Shown one piece after another: positions 11,039-20,952 of a stretch of DNA of 64,000 nt; the stretch's first letter is position 1; the number at the start of each line of letters is the position of its first letter. Origin of the DNA: Andalucia godoyi And28 (taxonomy: Eukaryota; Protista; Jakobida); the NCBI GenBank assembly GCA_009859145.1, contig VRVR01000044.1, positions 62,001-126,000 of the forward strand, given 5' to 3'. The notes beneath the pieces are model-generated. The model did no database searches, was not told where the DNA came from, and worked only from the letters and a program-made list of their open reading frames with translations. Position numbers and translations under genes: made by a program.

Positions 11039-11257
11039 TCAAGCGGTTGCTTCCGCACGACCCAACTCCGCCATCTTCTCCAGAATACGATCCTCCTTCC
11101 AGGCGTCATCACCGGAATCATTTTCGATTCGATAGTGGGTGTAAACGATCGTCTCTCCGGAGGTTGCCACATTGATTTGTTGAGTCGTGAATGGGTCAAC
11201 GACGAAGAGATCTACCTCCTCGGCTGTACTCTGAGTGGTCCAGTTAAGAACAACCAT
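11039..11257 (-). CDS. Small hypothetical ORF (72 aa) in the foreign-looking island
   Basis: ATG in an AAAAATG context after an A-rich leader, and a protein-like composition (MVVLNWTTQSTAEEVDLFVVDPF...). Confidence 0.45.
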   Translation of the reverse strand: MVVLNWTTQSTAEEVDLFVVDPFTTQQINVATSGETIVYTHYRIENDSGDDAWKEDRILEKMAELGRAEATA

Positions 11258-11350
11258 TTTTATGTTCTTTTTGTTTTTACAGTCGACTGTGCAAACAATT
11301 ACCGAAAAAGTACCCGTTCGCGATCCCGCGTAGTCGATGTGAAAGTTAAA

Positions 11351-11488
11351 ATGATATCCGTTTTACATTTTGCCCTACTACATCGAGTTCTCGAATTTCT
11401 TCCCAATGAGGATCTGCTTAACATGAGGAAGCTGATACCGCATGTTGTCGACAGTATTGGTTGTCGACAGTATTGGCTGTCTTCGTGA
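11351..11488 (+). pseudogene. Truncated F-box-like ORF disrupted by a 16-bp tandem duplication
   Basis: MISVLHFALLHRVLEFLPNEDLLNMRKL resembles an F-box (L..L..EL..I..FL...DL). The unit ttgtcgacagtattgg is repeated at 11445-11460 and 11461-11476, shifting the frame. Confidence 0.45.
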
Positions 11489-11498
11489 AAGGAATCCT

Positions 11499-12251
11499 TT
11501 AGGAATTGGTAATCGTAAAGGTAAACGAGGTATCCGGGTTCTTATTCTCCCCCGGATAACCGACCGGATTGACAAAGAACTGGATTCCGGAGATGGATTT
11601 CGAAATTGGTGTATGGGTGTGACCCGCGCACCAAACTTTCACCCCGGAACCCTTGAACATTGGATCCAAGGAACTTGCAAAGGCGCAGTTCGCCGGATGA
11701 CCTTGGTATTTCTCATTAATAAGTTCCATGCTTGGAAGATGATGTGTTATGACAAGCTTATCACCCGGGATCGAAAACTCCTTGAATAGGATCTGCACGG
11801 CCTCCTCATGCCATTCGCCGGTATCCTTCGAGGTGATTCGCTTACCATCTTCGTTCTTAAAAATCTTTCGATAGTCGTTGATACAGGATTCCAGGATGAA
11901 GGCGTTCCGCGGGGTCGTCTTTGTCCAGAGGGTTGTTCCGACAACGGTCAACTTGTCATCCGGGAACCTGTAGGTGGAGTTATTCAGGAAAATGAACCCG
12001 AGTTCCTTCGAAAGTTTCGTAAGTAAGGCATCCACCTCCGTCTTCAGTAATCCACAATAGTATTCATGATTCCCCGCCACATAAAAAACCCTCTCAAATT
12101 TCCTACACAGCTCGTGCATGAAATTAACGAATTTCTCGTGGGTGGGGTATCCAATATCCCCGGCCAGGATCAAATTCTCAGCCTTCTTCTCGATAACCGG
12201 TTTGGAATTCTCAAATTCGAGATGTAAATCCGAAACCAGTTGGAAGTTCAT
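11499..12251 (-). CDS. Calcineurin-like metallophosphoesterase of the type common in giant viruses (NCLDV)
   Basis: All five motifs are intact: VSDLHLE, AGDIG, VAGNHEYY, VITHHLP and CAGHTH. Likely start is MNFQLVSD at 12251. It is intronless and visibly more A/T-rich than neighbouring genes. Confidence 0.9.
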   Translation of the reverse strand: MNFQLVSDLHLEFENSKPVIEKKAENLILAGDIGYPTHEKFVNFMHELCRKFERVFYVAGNHEYYCGLLKTEVDALLTKLSKELGFIFLNNSTYRFPDDKLTVVGTTLWTKTTPRNAFILESCINDYRKIFKNEDGKRITSKDTGEWHEEAVQILFKEFSIPGDKLVITHHLPSMELINEKYQGHPANCAFASSLDPMFKGSGVKVWCAGHTHTPISKSISGIQFFVNPVGYPGENKNPDTSFTFTITNS

Positions 12252-12273
12252 TCTCAATTTACAAGTCTTTTGA

Positions 12274-12489
12274 CTATAGAAATGACATTTTGGAAATTCC
12301 CAAAAGGTTTTTTTTTTCAGGTACTGTAAATTGAGGGGGTGGCAACCGGGGTTCATGCATGGATGGATATCCACACCTTACCCGAACAACCCCCCAGTTG
12401 CGATATCCTATATACAGACTTTGAAAAATATTCCCCCTTTCGATCTCTCCGCCATCGAAAAGTTTTCTTATTAATTTATTAATATCCAT
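12274..12489 (-). CDS. Small hypothetical ORF (71 aa) directly upstream of the phosphoesterase
   Basis: MDINKLIRKLFDGGEIERGNIFQSL..., A/T-rich codons, and only 22 nt from the phosphoesterase ATG. Confidence 0.45.
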   Translation of the reverse strand: MDINKLIRKLFDGGEIERGNIFQSLYIGYRNWGVVRVRCGYPSMHEPRLPPPQFTVPEKKNLLGISKMSFL

Positions 12490-12620
12490 GTATTAAAGTA
12501 AATTTGCAAAGGCTTCCCAGTTGTAAATTTTATTTTATTCCATATTTATTATTTATTGTGCTGCGTATGGATGATTTCAGCTGCCGTTTTTAGTATTTCT
12601 TTTGAGAGGAAGCGAGACGC

Positions 12621-12662
<42 letters not shown>

Positions 12663-12666
12663 GAGA

Positions 12667-13203
12667 ATGAAGAACGGATGGGTGCGATTTGGAGTGTGGG
12701 GAATGACGACGATTGTATTTACATATGTGGCATCATCGCTTGGCTTCATCGTGTCGTGCTTCGTGGGACTGTGGCTGTCCACGATGGATGCTCGACAGGC
12801 ACGAGCAACTATAAATGGTGCCGTGTCGCAATTGTCCGCCTATGCCGCCTTGAATCCCGATGGACGGGCGATTCCAGGAACATTCACAGCGGACGACTAT
12901 GACCGGTTTGTCCGAGGGAAACCACGCAGCGGCGCCTCCGCTGGTGCTGGTGATGCAAAGGCGGCAGAGATTGCAAAGGTGCTTGCACGGCGGAGAAATC
13001 CGCCACCGAATGTGGACTTGCGGGCCCCAAGACACGAGCATGCGTCGGGCTCCGGTTCGGGGCTTGAAAATGTGCTCGATGAAAGAGGCGAGCCGACTCG
13101 ATTGCGGCAGAAGCCAAACGATCCCTGTGCTTGTGCTTCTGGCATGAAGTACAAGAGATGTTGTGCTCTTGTAGACCGCGAGATCATCCCAGACTACTAC
13201 TGA
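12667..13203 (+). CDS. Membrane-anchored SEC-C motif (zinc-binding) protein
   Basis: N-terminal hydrophobic segment (GVWGMTTIVFTYVASSLGFIVSCFVGLWL) and C-terminal QKPNDPCACASGMKYKRCC, which matches the SEC-C pattern. Confidence 0.8.
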   Translation: MKNGWVRFGVWGMTTIVFTYVASSLGFIVSCFVGLWLSTMDARQARATINGAVSQLSAYAALNPDGRAIPGTFTADDYDRFVRGKPRSGASAGAGDAKAAEIAKVLARRRNPPPNVDLRAPRHEHASGSGSGLENVLDERGEPTRLRQKPNDPCACASGMKYKRCCALVDREIIPDYY

Positions 13204-13298
13204 TCATGTACCGGAGTGTGACTACGAAAATTGCGCCTATAACTGACGTTAAATGACAAAGAAACCATCCCGGCCCTCACCCTCGGCAGTTGTCATGA

Positions 13299-15767
13299 TC
13301 ACGGTTGCTGATGCACCGCTGCCGGTCGGGGATATCGCGACAGAAGAGCATCGCCGGCAAGCTTCGCGAGGTTCTGTGCGATTTCCAGCTGTTTCTCCAG
13401 CTGTTTCTCGGCATCCAGCTCAGATGATGATGATGCATTACTCGAAATTCGTCGAGATGTATGGGAAGCGGAAGGCATGTCGAACACAATATCCTCGTTC
13501 CCAAACACATTGCTTGCTCGAGTGGACGACCGAAACATTCCTGGAAGAGACGACGATGCTCCTGAACTGTGCGAGCTCTTGCCAGACAGTCGGCCCCGCG
13601 ACGATTGAGAATCGTGAGAGCCTATTGGGCTACGAACGCCTGACGCATCATGTTGCTGTTGCTGTTGCTGCTGTTGTTGTTGTCGCTGCTGTTGCTGTTC
13701 CGAGGTTACAGACAGCTTGGCAAGTCTCGCTACGGTATCTCTGCGCCGAACGCGGAACAACGCACGGTTCCGGAACGAAAAGAGGAAAATAGCGGATGCG
13801 AAAAACACAATGCACGCGCCCACCCACTGCGACACGGACTGGAATTCCTCATGCAAAACAATGAAGGACAAAAAAGTGGAGAACAAAAGGCGAAGGCCCC
13901 ATAGAGAAACAAATGAAACGAGTCCTGCTCTGCGAAGAGCAAAATGAGTCGCAAGCTGCCAGCAAATCCCGCAAATCGAAAAGGCGATGAACTCCAGAAT
14001 TGTTCCAGTGTCCCAGTCGGACAGCGTGAATGTCCCTTGATCAAGAGGCTCGCTTCCAAAGTCAGAGCGCGACCCATCGGTATCATGCGACCGATCATAC
14101 TTTGCGATCATAAAGACAACAAAAGAAACAACAGCCAACAAACCTTGAGCCAGCAGAATGGCAAGGGTTCCTTTAAACGGTGTATACAACGCCTGCGCAA
14201 CACGCTCCGATGTAAGCGCAGTCCCGGAACATATGCCAGAAATGAATGCGCATATCAATCCCACGGATTCCGAATTCGATAAGTCATAACGCAGATCGCT
14301 GTCAAGAGAGACCAGAATTCCTGCAATGCAGATCAGACAAGCAACGACTGACACCTTTGGAACCGTCTCGATTTTCAAGAAGAACGAGCAGCCGAGAACA
14401 AAGAACGGCCCGAAAAGAGACAGCACCTCAATCATTGGAGCAGAAATATGAATCGCCGCAAACACGGTGAAGAACGTCCATCCGCACGTGAAAAGTACTG
14501 CAATCAACGTTGTGAACACGACTAATCGCGCTACTCTTCTCTCTTCGAGTGCAGCTTCAAAGGGGGTATGTACAGTGTCCGTTGGTGAAACAACAACAAC
14601 CTCGGAAACTTCATTTGAAGAGGCATCCAAAGATCCTCCTCCGTTTAACTCAAGGCCAAATGCCACTCGTTTGGATGAAGACCGACGCGTCAACGAAGAA
14701 ATTCGTCCCTCTCCGTCGTCCCCGTCGTTCTCCCTCGCAGGAACCTTTAGAGAGCGCATGGACTGATTCGCGGCTGCAGCAGCAATGCGACTGTTTTGAC
14801 GTGCAGCCAATTCTCGCACGTGATCTTCATACGTCTCATCATCTTCGTCTTCATCAGCGTTACGGTCGATACCATCGCCTTCACCGTAGGTATCTTTTTC
14901 TGTTATTGTTACTGTTGCGGATGCAGAGGCTGTATTGATCTCTACTTCTTCTGCTTCTCCTGCTCCGTTTCCGTCGCCCTCACTGTGTTCCATCGATTCC
15001 TGTCGTGTCACCACGTCCACGACATCGCTCTTTTCATGACCATTCCGCACATGGGGATGATGATGACCACCACCACCAGGCCAATTGCTACTGGCACTCC
15101 CATCAGGATCATCAGTGTCGCCATCATCAGAACGGTCCGCATCCTCTGTGGCACGCAAATCCGATGAGTGTGCACTCTCGATGTCCACGTCTGCAATCGT
15201 CAGACCGTCTCCATCGCCATCACCGTCCATCCCAGGACGACTACTATGATACATTCCAGCAATCTCTCCTTGAATCGCTGCATGATCCACAACAATCGTG
15301 TATCGATCATCGTCGCCCGCGGGGGATTGCACCGACCTGCGCACTTCTGCCTCCGTACCCGTGCCTGTGCTCGTGCCGTCTGTCGACTCTCTTCTGTCCG
15401 GTAACCGCGAGAAAAAGCTTACCATTATGAGTGCCCAGCCAATTCTGAAATCACTGGGAAACCGCAGAAACACATAGAAAAGGGTAAACACGAACGCAAT
15501 GGCAGAACTGAACGCAAGCAAAAGAAATGCATTCACAGCTGGACTCTGGCTCCCAGGCGTAACTAGATCTCGGGACATTGTAGTGTACGCAGCAATGCAC
15601 ACCTGCGCCAGTATGCAAAGCGAGATGTTAATTGCCCATCGCAAGTCCCGCGCATTCGCTTTTGACAGCTGCGCATCTTCCTCGGACGAAACCACCGTAT
15701 CAGAGCGCAAAGTCTCCATGGCCGCTTTCGAAAGGCCAGAGTTCATATACTTTGCAAAGCCGCCCAT
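13299..15767 (-). CDS. DMT/EamA-type (SLC35-like) transporter with a large acidic insertion
   Basis: Three N-terminal TMs, a long D/E-rich low-complexity loop, then 7 TMs with EamA-like motifs (LSLFGPFFVLGCSFFLKIE; STFLSFIVLHEEF). Confidence 0.8.
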   Translation of the reverse strand: MGGFAKYMNSGLSKAAMETLRSDTVVSSEEDAQLSKANARDLRWAINISLCILAQVCIAAYTTMSRDLVTPGSQSPAVNAFLLLAFSSAIAFVFTLFYVFLRFPSDFRIGWALIMVSFFSRLPDRRESTDGTSTGTGTEAEVRRSVQSPAGDDDRYTIVVDHAAIQGEIAGMYHSSRPGMDGDGDGDGLTIADVDIESAHSSDLRATEDADRSDDGDTDDPDGSASSNWPGGGGHHHPHVRNGHEKSDVVDVVTRQESMEHSEGDGNGAGEAEEVEINTASASATVTITEKDTYGEGDGIDRNADEDEDDETYEDHVRELAARQNSRIAAAAANQSMRSLKVPARENDGDDGEGRISSLTRRSSSKRVAFGLELNGGGSLDASSNEVSEVVVVSPTDTVHTPFEAALEERRVARLVVFTTLIAVLFTCGWTFFTVFAAIHISAPMIEVLSLFGPFFVLGCSFFLKIETVPKVSVVACLICIAGILVSLDSDLRYDLSNSESVGLICAFISGICSGTALTSERVAQALYTPFKGTLAILLAQGLLAVVSFVVFMIAKYDRSHDTDGSRSDFGSEPLDQGTFTLSDWDTGTILEFIAFSICGICWQLATHFALRRAGLVSFVSLWGLRLLFSTFLSFIVLHEEFQSVSQWVGACIVFFASAIFLFSFRNRALFRVRRRDTVARLAKLSVTSEQQQQRQQQQQQQQQQHDASGVRSPIGSHDSQSSRGRLSGKSSHSSGASSSLPGMFRSSTRASNVFGNEDIVFDMPSASHTSRRISSNASSSSELDAEKQLEKQLEIAQNLAKLAGDALLSRYPRPAAVHQQP

Positions 15768-15805
15768 CTACACTCACAGCATCGCAGCAACACCACCACC
15801 ACCAC

Positions 15806-15847
<42 letters not shown>

Positions 15848-16151
15848 TCCACGCAACCACACAAAACCTCAATTCTGCAAATAATCATTCACTTAGGAAA
15901 CGTTAGAATGAACGAAAGCCAGTGATGAACCATCCACGGAGACACACAAGATGTGCAAAGTCGATGATGGACTCGGTTGATACTTGATACTACACAACGA
16001 CGAGAAAACTGGACAAAAGATGCGTTTCTCTTTTTTTACGGCGGGTGTTACAGCCAAAAAAAAAGGATAATAAAATAACAAAAAACAAAAAAACGTGTCG
16101 AGAATCGAGACCCGGGAGAGACCCAATCGAGACTCAGGCGAGACGCGGGAA

Positions 16152-16685
16152 TTAGAATGGATGGACGATTTCCGCCGAGTAGAACCGTCTGGCAAAGGGC
16201 AATTTCAGAAGCAGAAATGCCACGAGAACAATGCATGCAAACGAGAGGATGAGCGTCAGGCATGCCTTTTCACACCGCGGAGTTCGTTCTCGGACAATAA
16301 TGGTTGCTTCTTGCTTGATTTGCAGATCCGTGTCTTCTCGAAACGACTCAAGCTGCTGCAGAACGAGCTGCAGCTTGTCTCGTTTGTCCTGGTCGACCGA
16401 AATCGTCTTGCACAGATTCTGCAGCTCCGCCAGCGCCTCGCGGGTCCGTTGCACGCGTGCAATAAAATCCATCCTTTGCTCCGCCTCCGAGACGCCCGAC
16501 TTGTCAACAGCTGGCGACACCAATGACGACGACGAAGAAGAAGAAGGTGATGACAACCCAGCTGCTGTAGTTGCCGAGGAATGCGACGGCCGACTGTTCT
16601 CTTGCTTTGCCAGTGCAGCGAACGCCGTCGCAGTCGAGTCTGCAAGATTCTGGGTCTTCTTCGCGCTTCGAGGCGTGCCTGCCAT
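16152..16685 (-). CDS. Small coiled-coil, C-terminally anchored membrane protein
   Basis: Coiled segment (QRMDFIARVQRTREALAELQ...) followed by a single C-terminal TM (CLTLILSFACIVLVAFLLL). Confidence 0.65.
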   Translation of the reverse strand: MAGTPRSAKKTQNLADSTATAFAALAKQENSRPSHSSATTAAGLSSPSSSSSSSLVSPAVDKSGVSEAEQRMDFIARVQRTREALAELQNLCKTISVDQDKRDKLQLVLQQLESFREDTDLQIKQEATIIVRERTPRCEKACLTLILSFACIVLVAFLLLKLPFARRFYSAEIVHPF

Positions 16686-16919
16686 TTTTTTAACTTAGTA
16701 ATTTAATATTATTGTGATGATGATTATGATTATGATTATGATTATTTGCGGATGGGAGGTCGGTTAAGAATTGAGTGGAATGGATAGAGAGGAATGTCAG
16801 GGAATGCGGGGAATGTCGGGATTCGGGGAAAGTGATCCAAAAGAAGGATTAACGGGATCGTAGCATCAAGCATCACGGCACTGAAAATGTTTCGGAAACG
16901 TTTCGGAAAGGGGGGTTTA

Positions 16920-16988
16920 TTAGGGTAATGAGCATGTTTTTTTGACTTTTTTGATTTTTCTCTTCTGGGCCTAACCCTAGCTAACCCT
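16920..16988. promoter_or_regulatory. Telo-box-like (CTAACCCT/TTAGGGT) motifs upstream of RPL31
   Basis: TTAGGGT at 16920-16926 and CTAACCCT twice at 16971-16988, in the divergent spacer before a ribosomal protein gene. Confidence 0.4.
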
Positions 16989-17495
16989 GCTGCATTTTTC
17001 TCGTATCAGACACCTCACCTTGGTATTTTTTCCATGATTTTTTCTTTCCCCAAAATGATCGGATTGTGATACTTCTTTTTCTTTTCCTCCTTTCTCCTTT
17101 TGTTTGCGCTGTTTCGTCATTGAAGTCACATTAAATCGTATGTCGTCCTTATCGTTATTTGGCTTGTCTACATGGAGGGAATTGCCGTGCATTTTTAGCA
17201 TTCTCGGATTCTTGCGCTGTTTGGCATGAAATGGATCAACAGGTGATTTCCAAATCTGTCATCTTTGGACGAAATCATCTCGGAGAGGGGTTTTTTCCTT
17301 TATGATTGTTTTCTTGTTGACGCGTGAAATTCTTGAATCTGCATTACATGTCTTTTCTTTCTGTGCTGTCTCCTCCCTCCCACTTTTTTTTTTTTTTTGC
17401 TCGAGGAAATTGGGATGTTTCTTTTTGGAAGCAAGTCTTGATGCTAATTGTATTCTTTTGTTTTCGTGTTTTGTTTTTTGTTTGATTCATTGTAG

Positions 17496-17864
17496 ATGGC
17501 ACCGACCACTGACAAGAAGCACCCCCGCTCATCGTTCGAGGCAGTTACGCGTGAGTACACTGTGAACTTGCACAAGCGCGTGTTCAAGGAGTCCTTCAAG
17601 AAGCGTGCCAAGACCGCCATGAAGCAGATCAAGGAGTTTGCACGTGCAACAATGCGAACTGAGGAGGTTCATGTTGAGCCGACTCTGAACAAGGCTGTCT
17701 GGGCCCGTGGAGTCAAGAACCCGCCCACCCGCATCCGTGTGCGCATTGCCCGCCGCCGCTCTGAGGATGAGGATGCAAAGAACGCCTGGTACTGCGTTGT
17801 TTCGTACGTCCCCGTCGACGACTTCAAGGGGCTCGTGAACACCACTGTCCCCAACGCAGAGTAA
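17496..17864 (+). CDS. RPL31: 60S ribosomal protein L31 (eL31)
   Basis: VTREYTVNLHKRV...SFKKRAKTAMKQIKEFA...LNKAVWARGVKNPPTRIRVRIAR. A polypyrimidine tract and TAG right before the ATG suggest a 5'-UTR intron ending at 17495. Confidence 0.98.
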   Translation: MAPTTDKKHPRSSFEAVTREYTVNLHKRVFKESFKKRAKTAMKQIKEFARATMRTEEVHVEPTLNKAVWARGVKNPPTRIRVRIARRRSEDEDAKNAWYCVVSYVPVDDFKGLVNTTVPNAE

Positions 17865-18010
17865 AACAATCTCCCTACACTGACACACTGGATTCCTTTG
17901 TTCACGCCCTCTTTTTTTTTCTTTTTTATTTTATTTTTTAAATCCTTTTGCTTCTTCTTCTTTTCTCTTATGTCAATATATACACACCATCCACACAGAT
18001 CGAGACATCA

Positions 18011-18328
18011 CTAATTTTTATCTCTGGCTTCGATGGCCCTGATAACCTCGCCAATGGGGCCGTCTTTCTGGACGCCGAGATACAGAACCATTGCGGTGAT
18101 GGTCGCGCCCTGCAGCAGGACGCGCATGCGCATCATCCGCTGCGAGTTTGCAATGTTGTTGGACTTGAACGACCAGAGCCCCGCAACCAACACCCCGACG
18201 GTGCCTACCGCAAACAGAGGAACCATCGGCTGGTCCTTGCACTTCTTAATAAACGACTCCTTTTGCGCAGTCCGCGTATTCGGAAGCCCATATTCGTCTA
18301 GCTCAAACTCCTTTCCTGTCCCCGACGA

Positions 18329-18331
<3 letters not shown>
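18011..18331 (-). CDS. HIG1-domain protein (Rcf1/HIGD2A-like)
   Basis: KKCKDQPMVPLFAVGTVGVLVAGLWSFKSNNIANSQRMMRMRVLLQGATI is the HIG1 signature. Confidence 0.93.
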
Positions 18332-18365
<34 letters not shown>

Positions 18366-18802
18366 GTCTGTCTGTCTGTGCGCGTGCAGCTGCTCTAATC
18401 CAAATCTAAAGTATTCCGTTAAATTTTTTCAACGAAAACAAAAAGCAAAGACTAACAAAGAGAAAGTTGAGATGTTTGATCGATATATGTAAGGCATCCC
18501 TTTTTGGGCGGCGCTTTAAGCAGCCTATTTTTGATCGGCGAAAAAATACACCGCTGTCTACAGCAGCTCTAGATGGATATATTTTTTTTTTCTCTATTTG
18601 CCTTGTTTTTTGAATGAGGACAAAGAAGGCAGGCGACGCCCCAGAGACGAAGGTATGTACATAAATATTTTAATACATGATACAATTCAATCCATGCATA
18701 CCATCCAGAGGAATAAAGAAGAGTCGAGCAGAATCGCATAATTACAAATGGGGTATAGTGGAAAGACAGGGCAGGGAAAGCGACGGCGAGTGCATGTGGG
18801 CA

Positions 18803-20323
18803 TTACATTTCGGCAATATGACGAGGCTTGGATGTGTCGGACAACAAAAGATGCATAAGAGAGCGTCGTAGTCTGACTGTGTCTTCAATGTTATCCTGTC
18901 CTTCGCGTGCGTTCCCATGCTGTTCCTGCTCATGCTCATGCTCATGCTCATGATCATGCTGCTGCCCTGGTGCATCTTCGAAAAAGGAATCGTCGGTGCT
19001 TTCTAGCGGTTGCTGAGGATAAAAGTATGCAGGGGGCCGCAGATTGCCGAGCTTGACGGACGGCTGATCCGCAGGAAGCTCTGTGAACTTTCGACGGAGC
19101 TGCGAAGTTGGGATCTTGCGGATTCTCGAGGCTGGAGGGAGCTGCTCAAGCTGGCGATCAGTGGGCTTAATCGCGAGACCTATCCCTCTACCACCCGTAA
19201 CCACTCGTTTCTCTGATATGTTCTTCTTGAGCAACCGAAGTTGTGAAAGCGGTTTCGCCACCGCATCTGTCGCACCTCCTTGATCAGTCTGCTGCTGCTG
19301 TGCCTGTGCCTGTGTCTGTGTCTGTGTCTGCGTATGTATCTGTGGCTGCTGCAAAATGGGCTTGGACGCAACGACCGCCGCAGACTGCAATTGCGACTTG
19401 ATCATCTTTGGGCTTGCAGACTGCTTGATTTCTGGCAAGACGTCCTCTTCCAACACACCGGAGTCTCCTGGCCTACCTGACCCACCTTGGGGCTGATTGG
19501 GGCTTTCAAAATCCGGCTCAAAGTAGCTATTCTGATGCAATCTTCCATCAAGCCGCTCTATGCTCTGCATCAACGCTCGCTCCTCTTCTTCAATTCGCCG
19601 CAACGTCAGATTCTCACCCCCATCCGCACCTGCATCTGCATGTGGATGGAACCGCACTTTTCGCTCGAGTTTCAGAAACAGCTGTGTGCTATCCGTCAGT
19701 GACTTTCGGATCGACGACCGCAGAGTAGAAGACAGCGGCTGTGGCGGAGGGTCCAACGAATCCCTCAGCGTCGTAATGTGGTGTCCGCGCGACGACGCCA
19801 AGTCCAGCGAGTCCAGCATCGAGATCGACTGCGCCACCTCTCTCTTCTCCAAAGGAACAACCCCTCCAGCAGCCCCCGTTCCCGTTCCCGTTCCCGTGGC
19901 TCTACTCGGCGGGGCAGCAGGAGCCTCCCGTGTGCGTCCCACGGCCCGTGCATGTCGAGGCTCTCGATCGAACTTGTCTGCTACTAGCTGCCGCTGCGGT
20001 TGCGGAATCCGAAGGTTACTTCGTACGCTCCGTTTCTTGGATTCATCGAGACAATGCTTCATTTGCTCTCTCATTTTCTCTTTTCGCTCTGCCAAAATCT
20101 GTTCTCTGCGCTCCTGCTCAAGCTTCTTTCGCTCTTCCTCCACAGACTCCCATCGTTTTGTCCGCGCTGCCGTTTCTCTCCGCAGCGTAGAAAACTGCTT
20201 TTTCGACCGTTCTGCCTCTACAAGCACCTTCATGTATCCCTGTGGCTGGATCGGCAAGTTGTGTCCATGCAGCGCAGAGTATTTTTGCGGATGCTGCGCA
20301 ACAAGCGCCGCAGCAGATATCAT
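18803..20323 (-). CDS. Uncharacterised protein with N-terminal coiled coil
   Basis: ORF from MISAAALV (20323) with a charged coiled coil (EEERKKLEQERREQ...) and low-complexity regions. Confidence 0.65.
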   Translation of the reverse strand: MISAAALVAQHPQKYSALHGHNLPIQPQGYMKVLVEAERSKKQFSTLRRETAARTKRWESVEEERKKLEQERREQILAERKEKMREQMKHCLDESKKRSVRSNLRIPQPQRQLVADKFDREPRHARAVGRTREAPAAPPSRATGTGTGTGAAGGVVPLEKREVAQSISMLDSLDLASSRGHHITTLRDSLDPPPQPLSSTLRSSIRKSLTDSTQLFLKLERKVRFHPHADAGADGGENLTLRRIEEEERALMQSIERLDGRLHQNSYFEPDFESPNQPQGGSGRPGDSGVLEEDVLPEIKQSASPKMIKSQLQSAAVVASKPILQQPQIHTQTQTQTQAQAQQQQTDQGGATDAVAKPLSQLRLLKKNISEKRVVTGGRGIGLAIKPTDRQLEQLPPASRIRKIPTSQLRRKFTELPADQPSVKLGNLRPPAYFYPQQPLESTDDSFFEDAPGQQHDHEHEHEHEQEQHGNAREGQDNIEDTVRLRRSLMHLLLSDTSKPRHIAEM

Positions 20324-20342
20324 CAACACACACACACGCACA

Positions 20343-20510
<168 letters not shown>

Positions 20511-20952
20511 CATTAAACGTCGTTGTTTTCTTTTTCGCTTACGGTCGTTGTTCCCTTTTTACACACTCTGACAATGCTTGAGCCCTTGATGCTTGAGCCC
20601 ATCATTTGCCCCACCGCTGCGCACGCATGAAAAGACGGCACCCAAAAGAGTCTGAATTCTGCATCTTCTCCCTTTGATGCTTTCCTTTTTCTTTTCTTCA
20701 CTCGATTCATGCTTCTTATTAAACGTGTTTTGTTTTTGTTATTGATTTTGCGTTTTTATATATTTTCCTCTGTTTTTGTTGTTATTCTTATTATCATTTT
20801 TTGATTATATTTGCTAATTCATATATTATTTATAATTGTTTTTTATAATTGTTTGTTATTATTGTTATTATTGTTATTATTATCATCATCGTTGTTGTTG
20901 TTGTTGTTGTTGTTGCTGCTGTTTTTTGGAGAGATAAGGGAGATACTGGTAG

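Noticed and set aside
16920-16990. Telomere or telomerase template remnant
   Set aside because: There are only three isolated, imperfect units and no array. A promoter motif or chance is more likely.
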